From Cladosporium halotolerans (Eukaryota): a DNA stretch of 38,773 nt. Positions within the stretch are counted from its first letter, which is position 1. Every line of letters begins with the position of its first letter. The notes beneath the pieces were generated by a model. That model worked only from the letters and a program-made list of their open reading frames with translations. It made no database searches and had not been told where the DNA came from. The DNA lies in contig NW_027191488.1 in assembly GCF_011745625.1 (NCBI RefSeq), positions 186,001-224,773 of the forward strand, given 5' to 3'. Positions 7,291 through 16,817 of the stretch are shown one piece after another. The position numbers were made by a program, and so were the translations under genes.

Positions 7291-10048
7291 ATGTCCGCTC
7301 AACAACCACCTTCGCGTACGGCCAGCGTGGGCCCTCCTAACGCAGGTGGAATGAACACGCCGCATGGCCAAGGCCCGCCGCCTCCGCCTGGCCCGCCTGG
7401 ACAACAGAGCCAGAATCTCAATCAGATTGTGAGTATAAAGTGCTCTTTTTGTTTGCTTCGCGGAGGATCAGTGAATTTTACGGAAATTGCGGCTTGAAGC
7501 GGCTTTTCATAACGCAGGCGCATGTGACGGAGCGCCTACTACGGAGTCACGTGTGATCTCTTACGTCCAGCTTCGATCTTTGACTGCGATCAATACACTG
7601 CCGCGCTTTCGTCTTTCATCAATCCAAGCCGAGTACCATCGCTGTTCAGTCCACCATCCATCAAAACCATCATGGAACGAGGCTCGAGAAGCACAATCAA
7701 ACGAGAAGACCGGGGCGAGAAATCTCCTCGCGACGTCAGACCGATGTGGCAACATCCTGATCGTGAAGCTGTGATCCTCCACTTGAGGGCAAGTACATGA
7801 GCATCATGGCTCAGCCTAACAGCCCGAATCGCCGATATGCATACCCAAGGCTCGCGCTATTGGTTCAGGGCATTCATAGGCCAATTCACTTTGAAAACGC
7901 TCTATGCGCTTCTTCGCACAGTCTTTGTCTTGAAATTGTTACGCAGCAAACAAACTTTTAGTTTACAAAGCTAACCATTCCATACAGGTCCTTGAATATC
8001 TCTCTAAGAAAGGGTACAGTCGAACAGAAGCCATGCTGAGGAGAGAAAGCGCGAATGTAGATGCCGAAGGTCGACCAGTACCGTCGCGCGCGGAGGATAC
8101 CGGCGGACGGAAATACTTCACCTCTTTCGACTTGACACTTCAATGGATCGACAATGTGCTCGACATCTATAAACCGGAACTGAAACGGCTACTTTGGCCT
8201 CTCTTCGTATACTCATTTATCGACATGCTCAGCGAGCACTTCATGCGCGACAGCCAGGAATTTTTCAACGCTTACAGGAACCATTTCGAAGCCGAGCACG
8301 AGAACGATGTTCGAGCACTTGCGCCTATGAGTCTCCCCGAGCATGTACAAACAAATAACGTTGCGCAACTGTACCGCAACAACAAGTATCGGCTGACCAT
8401 GAGTAACATGGCTTTCATGACGCTCACGCAATTCCTCGAGTCGAAAGACCGCGAGGGCGGCGCCACAATTATTTCTATTATGAGCAACAACATGGATATC
8501 CGAAATGTTGATCGGGCGGCGGCAGGTAGCGAGCGAAGTCTCGCTAGACTACTCGGAAAGCAGAATGGCGACCAGGACGTACCGGCTGAAGATGAGGGTA
8601 TCCCTGGGCATCACCCGGGATCGGCAAACTTGGATCGCAATGCGCCTTCGGTCCTCTCAAAGCTATCGCTCGGACCAATGCCGATGGAGCAGGATTTGAT
8701 GGATGATGTGAAAGCCGAACTGCAAGACCATGACACATCAAACCCTCCCGCACCTGGTCAAAACTCACTCGTCGACGAATTTGAGCACAAGATCAAGCGC
8801 GAACCCATGGATGACGCCCCTTCACGCGAGGCACTTCCGCTCCCGCCGTCTACCTCCAGAGACGTCGCAATGGAGGTGCAAAAGATCAGAGAGTACAGAG
8901 ACCGCTTTCACATCGACGGCCGGAGCAGTGGCGTCGGGCCCGGTCTCAGCGTAACGATGTTCACTTTCCACAACACTTTCGACAGCGTAAACTGTATCGA
9001 GTTTTCCGGCGACAACTCTTTGGCAGCAGTCGGAACCGCAGAATCCTACATTCGCGTGTGGTCTCTCGACAATCGTCCTCTCACGTCGCCTACGGACCCT
9101 GCTGATTTCCAACCGTCATCTTCAAGACGACTTATTGGTCATGCTGGCCCAGTCTATGCGCTCTCGTTCGCGCCCTCGGTCGCCGTTCCGGAACCACAGA
9201 CCAACGGCCACGCCAACGGTACTTCTGAGAGCCATGACTCGAAGCCTCGATACCTTCTTTCGTCTTCTGCAGACTCTACAATCCGCCTATGGTCCCTGGA
9301 TACTTGGTCCAACCTAGTCGTCTACAAATCTCATTCATCACCCGTTTGGGATGTTCGATTCGGTCCCTTCGGCCACTACTTTGTTTCTTGCTCTTCTGAC
9401 CGCACAGCAAGACTCTGGAGCACACCACAGATTGCACCTTTGCGCCTGTTTGTTGGTCACGATGCGGATGTTGAGACCGTCGCATGGCATCCGAACGGCG
9501 CATACGTGTTCACCGCTTCAGGTGGAGCAGATCGCACAGTCAGGATGTGGAACATTCAGCAAGGCAGCGCGGTGCGTCTCTTTACTGGACACACAGGCAA
9601 CTGCACCGCTATTGCCTGCGCGAACAGCGGCAAGATGCTGGCTTCGGCAGACGATCGCGGTGAGATTCTCCTCTGGGATCTGGCCACTGGCCGCTTGTCG
9701 AAGCGTATGCGCGGTCATGGTCGCGGTGGGATCTGGTCGCTCGACTGGAGCGTCGAATCTACTGTTCTTGTGTCTGCTGGCGCTGACGGCACTGTTCGTG
9801 TGTGGGACGTCGCTCCAAACAAGGACGCTGGTGGCAAAGTCATCGGTGAAGGTGGCGCTGGCAACAAGGTCGACGGATCTGGTGTTTCTGGCGGTGCGAG
9901 TGGCGGCGCAAAGGGCAAGACCAAGAAGGACGTGGTGGTCAGCCCTGACCAGATCAGCGCCTTCCCTACCAAGAAGAGCCCGGTGTACAAGGTTCGTTTT
10001 ACCAACATGAACTTGGTGGTCGCCGGCGGCGCATATCTGCCTTCGTGA
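7291..10048 (+). CDS. TAF5: TFIID/SAGA subunit Taf5 (LisH + NTD2 + WD40), ~732 aa; exons 7291-7428 and 7988-10048
   Basis: Splicing GTGAGT (7429) to CATACAG (7987), with GCTAAC branch at 7970-7975, restores the LisH motif LNQI|VLEYLSKKGYSRTEAMLRRE. NTD2 'YKPELKRLLWPLFVYSF', WD40 repeats and C-terminal 'FPTKKSPVYKVRFTNMNLVVAGG'. Confidence 0.93.
7429..7987 (+). other. 559-nt spliceosomal first intron of TAF5 with long-range base-pairing
   Basis: Canonical GTGAGT / GCTAAC / CAG signals, phase 0. Complementary segments 7448-7457 with 7945-7954 and 7462-7470 with 7772-7780. Confidence 0.85.
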
Positions 10049-10285
10049 GTCTGGGCTGGCAAGGTAAAAGTGAAAACTAGCGTGGCGTTCTGGTATCGGC
10101 TGCACAGAGGTTGATTTGAGTATATCCCCAAAGCTCACAGACGGCGGCGTTGGCTTTGACACACATTGGATGTAGTATAGGGAGGGAAAGGTGTTATTTG
10201 GCAATGGCAGGTATCTAATTTTATACAATGCGAGCTGTTTCTCGCCCCTGTCTGTTCTTGCAACAAGATACCTCCTCGTTGATCG

Positions 10286-10294
10286 TACTGTACA
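10286..10294 (-). promoter_or_regulatory. Candidate Puf4-type element (UGUACAGUA) in the bL31m 3' UTR
   Basis: Minus-strand TGTACAGTA ~148 nt after the stop fits the 9-nt UGUA[ACU]ANUA Puf4 consensus. The UTR extent is not known. Confidence 0.45.
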
Positions 10295-10441
10295 ATCGCA
10301 AGACCGCGCACCCAGCCGCAGTCCTTCCGTATATGCTAGTAGCCATCGCGCTACATTGCTCTCAAGCCGCGCCCTTACTGGTTCAGTGGTATGCAAACGC
10401 CGAATCCTTGCTTCTAATTCCCATCATGCACCTCGTATTGT

Positions 10442-11021
10442 TCATTTCTCACCACCAGTGCCCTTGCCACTCTTCTTCTTCGGCTCCGTAGTACCAGCCG
10501 CGGTACCCTTTTTCTCTGCGTCTTTTCCGTATCCTGAAATGAGATCCAGCAGACTCTCGTGAGACTCTTTGGGTGCAAGACCCTCCTCGCCTTCTCTCGC
10601 CTAGTTTCAAATCAGTCAGCTACATGTTCGCCCTGTCGTACCCTCAATATTTGACAGAACTCACCTCTTCCGCTCCAGTAACAACCTCTGCATCCCAACC
10701 CCTACCGAACCTTCCTCTGAACTTCTTCAAGCGGCCCGCCTCATCCTCCTCCACGTTCGCCAGCTTCTGACTGCTCGGGTTCCACAGCGGGCTGTTCTTG
10801 GTGTCTTTCGCCGTCCGGTAGATAGGCAGTGGCGATGTGGTGCGGTGGAGGTACGTCGAACCGTCCGACAGCGTGATCATCTGCGTGAAAGTGTAGGGCC
10901 TCTTTGGTCGGCGCAGCAACGAAGCGTGGCGGATTTGCGTGGTGAGGCGGCAGGATGCGCAGCTGCTGCCGCTGGGGCGCAAGGGAGTGCTGAGGAGCGA
11001 CATTGTGGGTGTGGGCGGCAT
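10442..11021 (-). CDS. MRPL36: Mitochondrial ribosomal protein bL31m (MRPL36-like), ~171 aa; exons 11021-10665 and 10600-10442
   Basis: Presequence-like N-terminus, then 'RRPKRPYTFTQMITLSDGSTYLHRTTSPLPIYRTAKDTKNSPLWNP...EEDEAGRLKKFRGRFG'. 64-nt intron GTGAGT...GCTGAC...CTAG (10664-10601). Exon 2 contains 'ESLLDLISGY'. Alternative start at 11003. Confidence 0.85.
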
Positions 11022-11262
11022 GGTTGGGTTTGGGGATTATGCGACGGCTTTGAATGTTCGCTCTATGGAGTCGTTCTGCGGCCAGCGTCCTCCGACAAGC
11101 GCGCGGGAGTCTGGATGCGGAGATCGGGATTTGCCGTCCAAGTCCGTTTCGTCCACCGGCACCTCACTTGTTGTAGCTTTCTGTGTAGCGCCAACCTCCC
11201 ACCCTTCTCCTTCGACTGCGACTTGCTGGATCCCTAGGGTGCCTCCGACGACCGCTGGGAGT

Positions 11263-14200
11263 ATGCAGCGTGCCGGCGCTGCTTCCCGCCGCTTCTACTC
11301 CGCCTTTTACCAGTGGAGCGTGCGGCCTAGAAAGCCATGCGCCAGGCTCCATGACCAGAACGTACGCTTCGCCAGCGTAAAGATTAAAGGCGAGAGACAT
11401 GGTGCCAGGAATTTCGGCGCTCAACGTGAGCTTTTCAAGTTCGCTGAAATCGAACTCCCGAAGCACCAGTTCAAGCAACTCACAGACGACCAACCCGTGC
11501 TCCCCGTCGAGGAGTCTCCCACGGGCAGTCTCGATATCTGGACGAATGCATTGCGCAGCAGGTCGGGAGACGAGGTCAGGGTGGAGATCTGCGTGCCTGG
11601 CCCTTTCAGACGGGTGGCTCCCATGGTCAGGCCGTACAATTATGCCAAGGTAATCTATCCTCCGAGCAAAATCACGGACCCAAAGTACCCGGTTGTGCTT
11701 GTTGGTAAAATCGGTAAAGTCAGGAAGGCTTTGGAGGTTATCTACCAAAACGCGTTGGAAACCTGTGAACGAGCACGGGCGGCCGATCATTCACGTGAAG
11801 GGAGGAATTCGCACGAGTGGATAATCAACCGGTACGAAATACCGAAGGCTCTGATAGGGAGGCCGAGCGGCTTTACGCCCAGAGCACTGCGCAGGCTTCA
11901 GGAGAGGACTGGGCTGAAATCAATCCGGCTCCGGCCCATGGCAGGGGGCCGGGAGTTTCTTCAATTGGTTGGATTCAAAGTTGCGATCGATGCAGCGACG
12001 GGGGCGCTCGCGCAGTTCATCAAGGAAATTTGTTCTAGCCGTCACATCAGAAGGTGGGATCTTGAAGAGCTGAAGATGGATAATGATGCATACCAGCCCG
12101 AACCGCCATCGAGAGTCGTGGTAGCTGCTGCTCCGGGCGGTGCCGACGTGCCAACTTCTTTGCCCGACCCTGATGCTGCAATCCGTGAGATTCAGCTAGA
12201 AACCGACTGCCGTCTTACCGTGAATCCTGAAAAACGACTCGGCTTCAGAGTTCAGGGATCGGATGAATCGGTCGATTGGGCTATAGAACTGCTTCAAGAA
12301 AAGATCAAGCGGGCGTTTAATGTGGATCTTGACAAACAACACGAATACAATCTTGTCATAGAGGGAGACCATCGCGTCAAGCCCAGCAAGCAGGCGGGAA
12401 AGAGCGCTCAGCAATCCATTGAGCAGGAGATGGAGGAGGACATTGGGGAGCTTTCTGCTCAGGATGTTGAGCGGAGCGCCGAACGACCGATTGAGCAGGA
12501 GTTTGAAGAGAATGTTGAGGAGTTTGCTGGACTGGACACTAAACAGACCCCTGACCAAAGTTATAAGGATGCTCAACAGAGCGCTAAGGAGGACAAAACG
12601 GCTGAGAAGTCGACTGGTAATCCTGAATTGAGCGCCTCTGCCAATGAGTTCCGCACATCTCTTCGCTTCCTGTCGCAGCCTGTAATAGTGCTGACCGCCA
12701 AAGAGCGTCGCAGAAAGTTCAAACAGCTGGACGAGGAGCGCATTCACGGAGTCACCATCTCCTCTTTCACCACCATCACTCTAACCCCTAGACCAGTCGT
12801 CTCCTTTAACTTGCGCCTTCCATCGCGCACCTGGGACGCGATCGAATCCACGCGAGAGCTGCGCATGCACATGCTCCATAGCAGCCGAGCAGGAGCGACA
12901 GTAGCACACGCCTTCACACTCCCCTACGAGAACTCGTACGAGCCCTTTGGGCACTTGGCACAGCTCGGCGCTAACCCGCAGGCGATGCTCAAGTTCACTA
13001 CTCCTTACATCAAGTGGAAGCAAGCCGTCTTTGCCACATTCACTGCGAAGCCTTTGATGGATAAGTGCGTTGCCGTTGGCGACCACATGCTGATCGTGGC
13101 GGAAATTGACGACGGCAGCTTCGAGATGGATGACCCTGCCCGCGGCTCAGGCGCTTTAGCTTATGGCATGCGATCGTACAAGCGAATCGGGGGTGATCTC
13201 CACATTGTGCCGGGCGCTGAAGAATTGTTTGCAAGTGGAGGGGCTCAGTACAAGAAAGGTTTCATGAGGCTGTTGCAGGATAATCAGGGGAAGAAGAAAC
13301 CCGCCGACTGGGAAGGCGGTGGGAATGTTCAGACGAGGATGGCGAAGATGCAGGAGAAAGAAGAGGATGGGCCGGGGATCGCACGCGGCTTAACATCAAA
13401 GCAACCCATCTTTGACCCCAACAATGCCTTCGCCGAAGAAGCGGAGCCACAAACCATCGGCTCGGGTCACAAGACAGCAAAGGGGGATCTCGCCGCCGAA
13501 GCCCCACGAGGACGAAAGGCCTATCCGAGCACAGACACGCCCGACGACGACTTCATGGCCAAGCTCAACGAAGAGCCCGACCCGCACGGCACGACCTTCA
13601 GACCTCTCGACAATGCCCCTGCCTCACGTGCCTCCCATCCCCAACACGAGGGCGATTCCAAGTCCCCCGGCAGATCGAGCTACACGCTCAGATTCGGCCG
13701 CGGCGGATCATCAGCCCCCTCTTCCTCCTCAAGACACTACTCCACCTCCACCTCCCCACCCCCCGACCCCTCCCTCCCGTCCAACCTCCGCTCCATCTCC
13801 GTAAAAGACTACCTCGCCCCCCAGCCCCGCCACCCCTTCGGCTACCGCTCCCTGCTCGCCACCAAGCGCCGCGCCGACGACCTCCAAGCCATCCTCGACG
13901 CCGCCCCCGCCGCGGCGGAAGACGGGCCTTCGGCTCTCGAAGACCGCCCCGCGCTCGAGGCCGAGCAGGCCGCCGCCCGCCGCCTCGTGGCCCGCAAGCT
14001 GGCGGTGCGCAACGCCGTCGACTTGCGCGGCATGCTCGACGAGGGCCGCGTCGTCGCGCACCGCGTGCAGTGGCTCGAGCAGAATTTGGAGGAGGGCCTC
14101 GCGGCGCTGATCGAGGATGCGAAGGTGCTGAGGGGCGAGCTGGAGGCGGGGAGGGTCGCGAGGGAGAGGTTTGAGGAGGGGAAGAAGGAGGTTGTCAGGG

Positions 14201-14283
14201 ACCATGAGCTGCTGAGCACGCAGCTTATGCGGTTGAGGGATTTGGTCGAGGACGATGGGGGGTTTGGCGTTGGGGGGGAGTAA
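11263..14283 (+). CDS. Putative mitochondrial protein, ~1006 aa: three degenerate KH-like domains, a flavin-reductase-like (FMN-binding split barrel) domain and a C-terminal helical region
   Basis: Uninterrupted ORF. Likely start ATG 11263 gives an Arg/Ser/Ala-rich, acid-poor N-terminus (MQRAGAASRRFYSAF). Flavin-reductase signature FRTSLRFLSQPVIVLT...HGVTISSFTTITLTPRPVVSFNL...GDHMLIVAEI (~12646-13200). KH-like segments at ~11570-12310. Confidence 0.75.
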   Translation: MQRAGAASRRFYSAFYQWSVRPRKPCARLHDQNVRFASVKIKGERHGARNFGAQRELFKFAEIELPKHQFKQLTDDQPVLPVEESPTGSLDIWTNALRSRSGDEVRVEICVPGPFRRVAPMVRPYNYAKVIYPPSKITDPKYPVVLVGKIGKVRKALEVIYQNALETCERARAADHSREGRNSHEWIINRYEIPKALIGRPSGFTPRALRRLQERTGLKSIRLRPMAGGREFLQLVGFKVAIDAATGALAQFIKEICSSRHIRRWDLEELKMDNDAYQPEPPSRVVVAAAPGGADVPTSLPDPDAAIREIQLETDCRLTVNPEKRLGFRVQGSDESVDWAIELLQEKIKRAFNVDLDKQHEYNLVIEGDHRVKPSKQAGKSAQQSIEQEMEEDIGELSAQDVERSAERPIEQEFEENVEEFAGLDTKQTPDQSYKDAQQSAKEDKTAEKSTGNPELSASANEFRTSLRFLSQPVIVLTAKERRRKFKQLDEERIHGVTISSFTTITLTPRPVVSFNLRLPSRTWDAIESTRELRMHMLHSSRAGATVAHAFTLPYENSYEPFGHLAQLGANPQAMLKFTTPYIKWKQAVFATFTAKPLMDKCVAVGDHMLIVAEIDDGSFEMDDPARGSGALAYGMRSYKRIGGDLHIVPGAEELFASGGAQYKKGFMRLLQDNQGKKKPADWEGGGNVQTRMAKMQEKEEDGPGIARGLTSKQPIFDPNNAFAEEAEPQTIGSGHKTAKGDLAAEAPRGRKAYPSTDTPDDDFMAKLNEEPDPHGTTFRPLDNAPASRASHPQHEGDSKSPGRSSYTLRFGRGGSSAPSSSSRHYSTSTSPPPDPSLPSNLRSISVKDYLAPQPRHPFGYRSLLATKRRADDLQAILDAAPAAAEDGPSALEDRPALEAEQAAARRLVARKLAVRNAVDLRGMLDEGRVVAHRVQWLEQNLEEGLAALIEDAKVLRGELEAGRVARERFEEGKKEVVRDHELLSTQLMRLRDLVEDDGGFGVGGE

Positions 14284-14816
14284 GGGAGGTGAGGATGCGG
14301 GTGAGAGCGTTGTTCTGGGGGCTGTGGAGAGTTATTGCTGGCTTTATGATCGGGATGCCGGGGGTGCATCGGGCAGTAACTTGCTCCAAAATCTTGTAAG
14401 AGTAGTGTAGAAATATCCACATGACAGTGCAGCACAATGCTGTCACGGACACAATAGCAGAACGGCCAGCCAGCACCATCTACGTGCAAGCAGAGCAGAC
14501 GTTGTAGATACTCGATGGCCGCCCGCTCAGATTCTTGCAAGAGTGTGTATCGTGTGTAGAAGGTGCCGTCAGGGCGAACAGTGTGCGTTTGCGCTAAGCA
14601 CTATTTAGTAGTCCGCCATCGCACGCAAGTTAAACAGTATGATTACAAGAGCTCCTCCGACGCGAGATACACCAGTAGTGCTCAAAAATCAACATCAGAC
14701 CCTCACAGCACAGTACACCCCTATCAGACACCAGCACAAATCCACAGCAAAGACAAAAACGAATGAGCACACATATCCCACATTTAGCAGTGTTACATAC
14801 GAAGCATACACAGTCG

Positions 14817-14841
14817 CCAGTCCAGTCCAGTCCAGTCCAGT
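14817..14841 (+). repeat. (CCAGT)5 pentanucleotide microsatellite
   Basis: Direct read, in the non-coding interval between convergent genes. Confidence 0.9.
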
Positions 14842-15542
14842 CAGTCCTCCTCCCTTCCCATCCCAGCCATCCAGCCACGCACCGTCTAAATCACACACAC
14901 AACCACAAACCCCCTTCTAATCCTCTTTCACCCGCAGGCGACACACGTTCTCATGTCCAAGCAAGCAATCAAGCAAGTGCAAGAAGGTAAGAGAGAGAAA
15001 GGAACAAGACAAAACTCCCATCCCGAGCTTCTCGATGCCGGTTTCGGTGATTTCGCGCCCTCGCTGTGTTCGCATGCTCTTTCCTGTCCTCCTGGATCGC
15101 CTTGGTAGTAGTAGTAGGGGAAAATAGATAGATAGTGCCGGTAAGGTCGATAGTTCAACAAAAAGGAAAAAAAGCGAGGAGAAAGGTGAAAAAGCAAGGA
15201 AAATCGGTGGAGCCCCGCCGGCGCTCCCTGAGGAGCAGCGTGGTCGGGGCCTTTCGGTCTTTGGTGAAGAAGGAAAGAGATGAGGTGGGTTCTTCCTTTT
15301 TCGGTACAGTCGTCGATGAGTCGTCTCGTCTTTTTCGTTGCTTGGAGAGGCGCGAGGGTGACCTCTTTTGGGGGGGTTGGGGTGGTGAGATAGGTAGGTT
15401 TGATTTGGTTTTTCGTGGGGTGGGTTTCTTGTTCTGTATGTTTCTTCGCTGGTGACACCATCGCTCGTGTCCATTCTCTTCAATGAAAACGAAACCGCTG
15501 CGCTCTGTGAATGCTTGCGGCGAAAGGGAAAATGAAAGGCGT

Positions 15543-16553
15543 TTAAGAGGGGTTGGCGACCTGGCAAATGAGTTAGCAAGGTTGTGTTGTTGCGCGATGA
15601 GGAAGGCATCACTCACCCTCAATATTCTCCTCGAGTAGTCCTGATCGTCTGCGATACTTCCTGCAGAGTTTCGCCTGCCAGCTTCTGGGTCGAGGCGCTG
15701 GTCCGACATGTTGGAGTAGCCAGTGTTCGGAGGCTTGCCTTCACCAGAAGTACCGCCGTGACGCATGAAGTCGGAAACCTGGTTACGCTTGTATTCCTCC
15801 TCGGCGGCCTTTTGCTTGCGGTGACGCATGAAGAAGAACAAACCAATGGCGATACCAGCGACGGCCACAACGCCAACGACTACACCGGCAGCAATACCAG
15901 CGACGTTGGGTTTCGAGCCGCTGTCAGAGTCGGCTTCTGCAGAGGGCGAGGGGGCTTCGGTTTGTTGTTGGCTAGATGGCATGGTGACTACGACGGTGGT
16001 GCCAGGAGCAACGCTGGTCGAAACTGCAGCCTGAGCTGTGGATGAACTAGTGGGAGCTGGTGTTGTAGCGGAGCCTGAAGAACTGGAGCTCGACGCGACA
16101 TATGAATCGACATTGTTCTCAGTGCCACTGAGATACACGCCGAAGAAGTGGTGTCCACCGCCTGTAAGAATGTCAGAAAGACCGCAATATACACGTCACC
16201 ACGCCGTTTCGTCACTTACACATTTCCTTGTCGTATCCATCGCAGGGTGTGTCGCACTTGTCATCGCCAACCTTGTCGGACTCTGCCGGAAGCAGTTCAC
16301 CGCACAAGCAGTTGCTGCCCTCGGTCAGAGCCATAACAGGCTGGTTTTTGTCGACACATATTGGCTGGCAGTTGCCTGAGCTCTGGTAGATGTCCGACCC
16401 TTGGTCCTTCAGGGGAGTCGAGCTGGAGTAGCATCCGGCGTACTTCATCGTCCGAAGTCCAGCGGCAGAGGTTGATGATATGAGGGCTGCCGACAGCAGG
16501 AGAAGGGTGGAAGCAGCCCGTGACACGGGTCTGGTAGAGCGTGTTGATGGCAT
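15543..16553 (-). CDS. WSC1: WSC-domain cell-wall-integrity sensor (Wsc1/Slg1 type), ~298 aa; exons 16553-16220, 16161-15617, 15560-15543
   Basis: Signal peptide; Cys-rich WSC domain (YAGCYS...QSSGNCQPIC...CLCG...CDTPCDGYDKEMCGG); Ser/Thr stalk; TM helix (GIAAGVVVGVVAVAGIAIGLFFFM); cytoplasmic 'SIADDQDYSRRILR|VANPS*'. Two canonical introns of 58 and 56 nt. Confidence 0.9.
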
Positions 16554-16646
16554 TTCGGAGAGTAGCGCCGATTGACGCAAGGAGTGAAGAGGCTGGGTTG
16601 ATGGTGTGTGGCTCAGGGAGCGGCGACGCCGGGGTCAAGCGAGCGA

Positions 16647-16817
16647 CTGCAAGAGATGCCGGTCAGCAAGTGAACCGATGATGCTCGATGCGATATTGAC
16701 CGTCGTCCGGGCGGTGGAGGTGATGTTTTTTCGGTGGTTGCGGACCTTTCTTCGCGGGCTGCCAGCAGCGCGCGCGAGAGCGGGAAGGGTAAACAGCGGC
16801 GTCAGGTGATTGCCTAC
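16647..16817 (-). other. Probable 5'-UTR intron of WSC1
   Basis: Minus strand CAG|GTAGGC donor at 16817, GCTGAC branch at 16667-16662, then CGGCATCTCTTGCAG acceptor ending at 16647, ~93 nt upstream of the ATG. The acceptor is convincing; the donor choice is less certain. Confidence 0.5.

Noticed and set aside
7518..7788. Possible poison cassette exon inside the TAF5 intron (CAG at 7517, GC-type donor GCAAGT at 7789)
   Set aside because: No convincing branch site before 7517 and a non-canonical donor. It cannot be supported without RNA data.
10939..11262. N-terminal 108-aa extension of the 1114-aa ORF
   Set aside because: It starts at GTG and overlaps bL31m in antisense. ATG 11263 gives a presequence-like N-terminus.
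15155..15616. C-terminal read-through of the 327-aa WSC ORF
   Set aside because: It is intron plus 3' UTR. Splicing gives the conserved 'LRVANP' ending.
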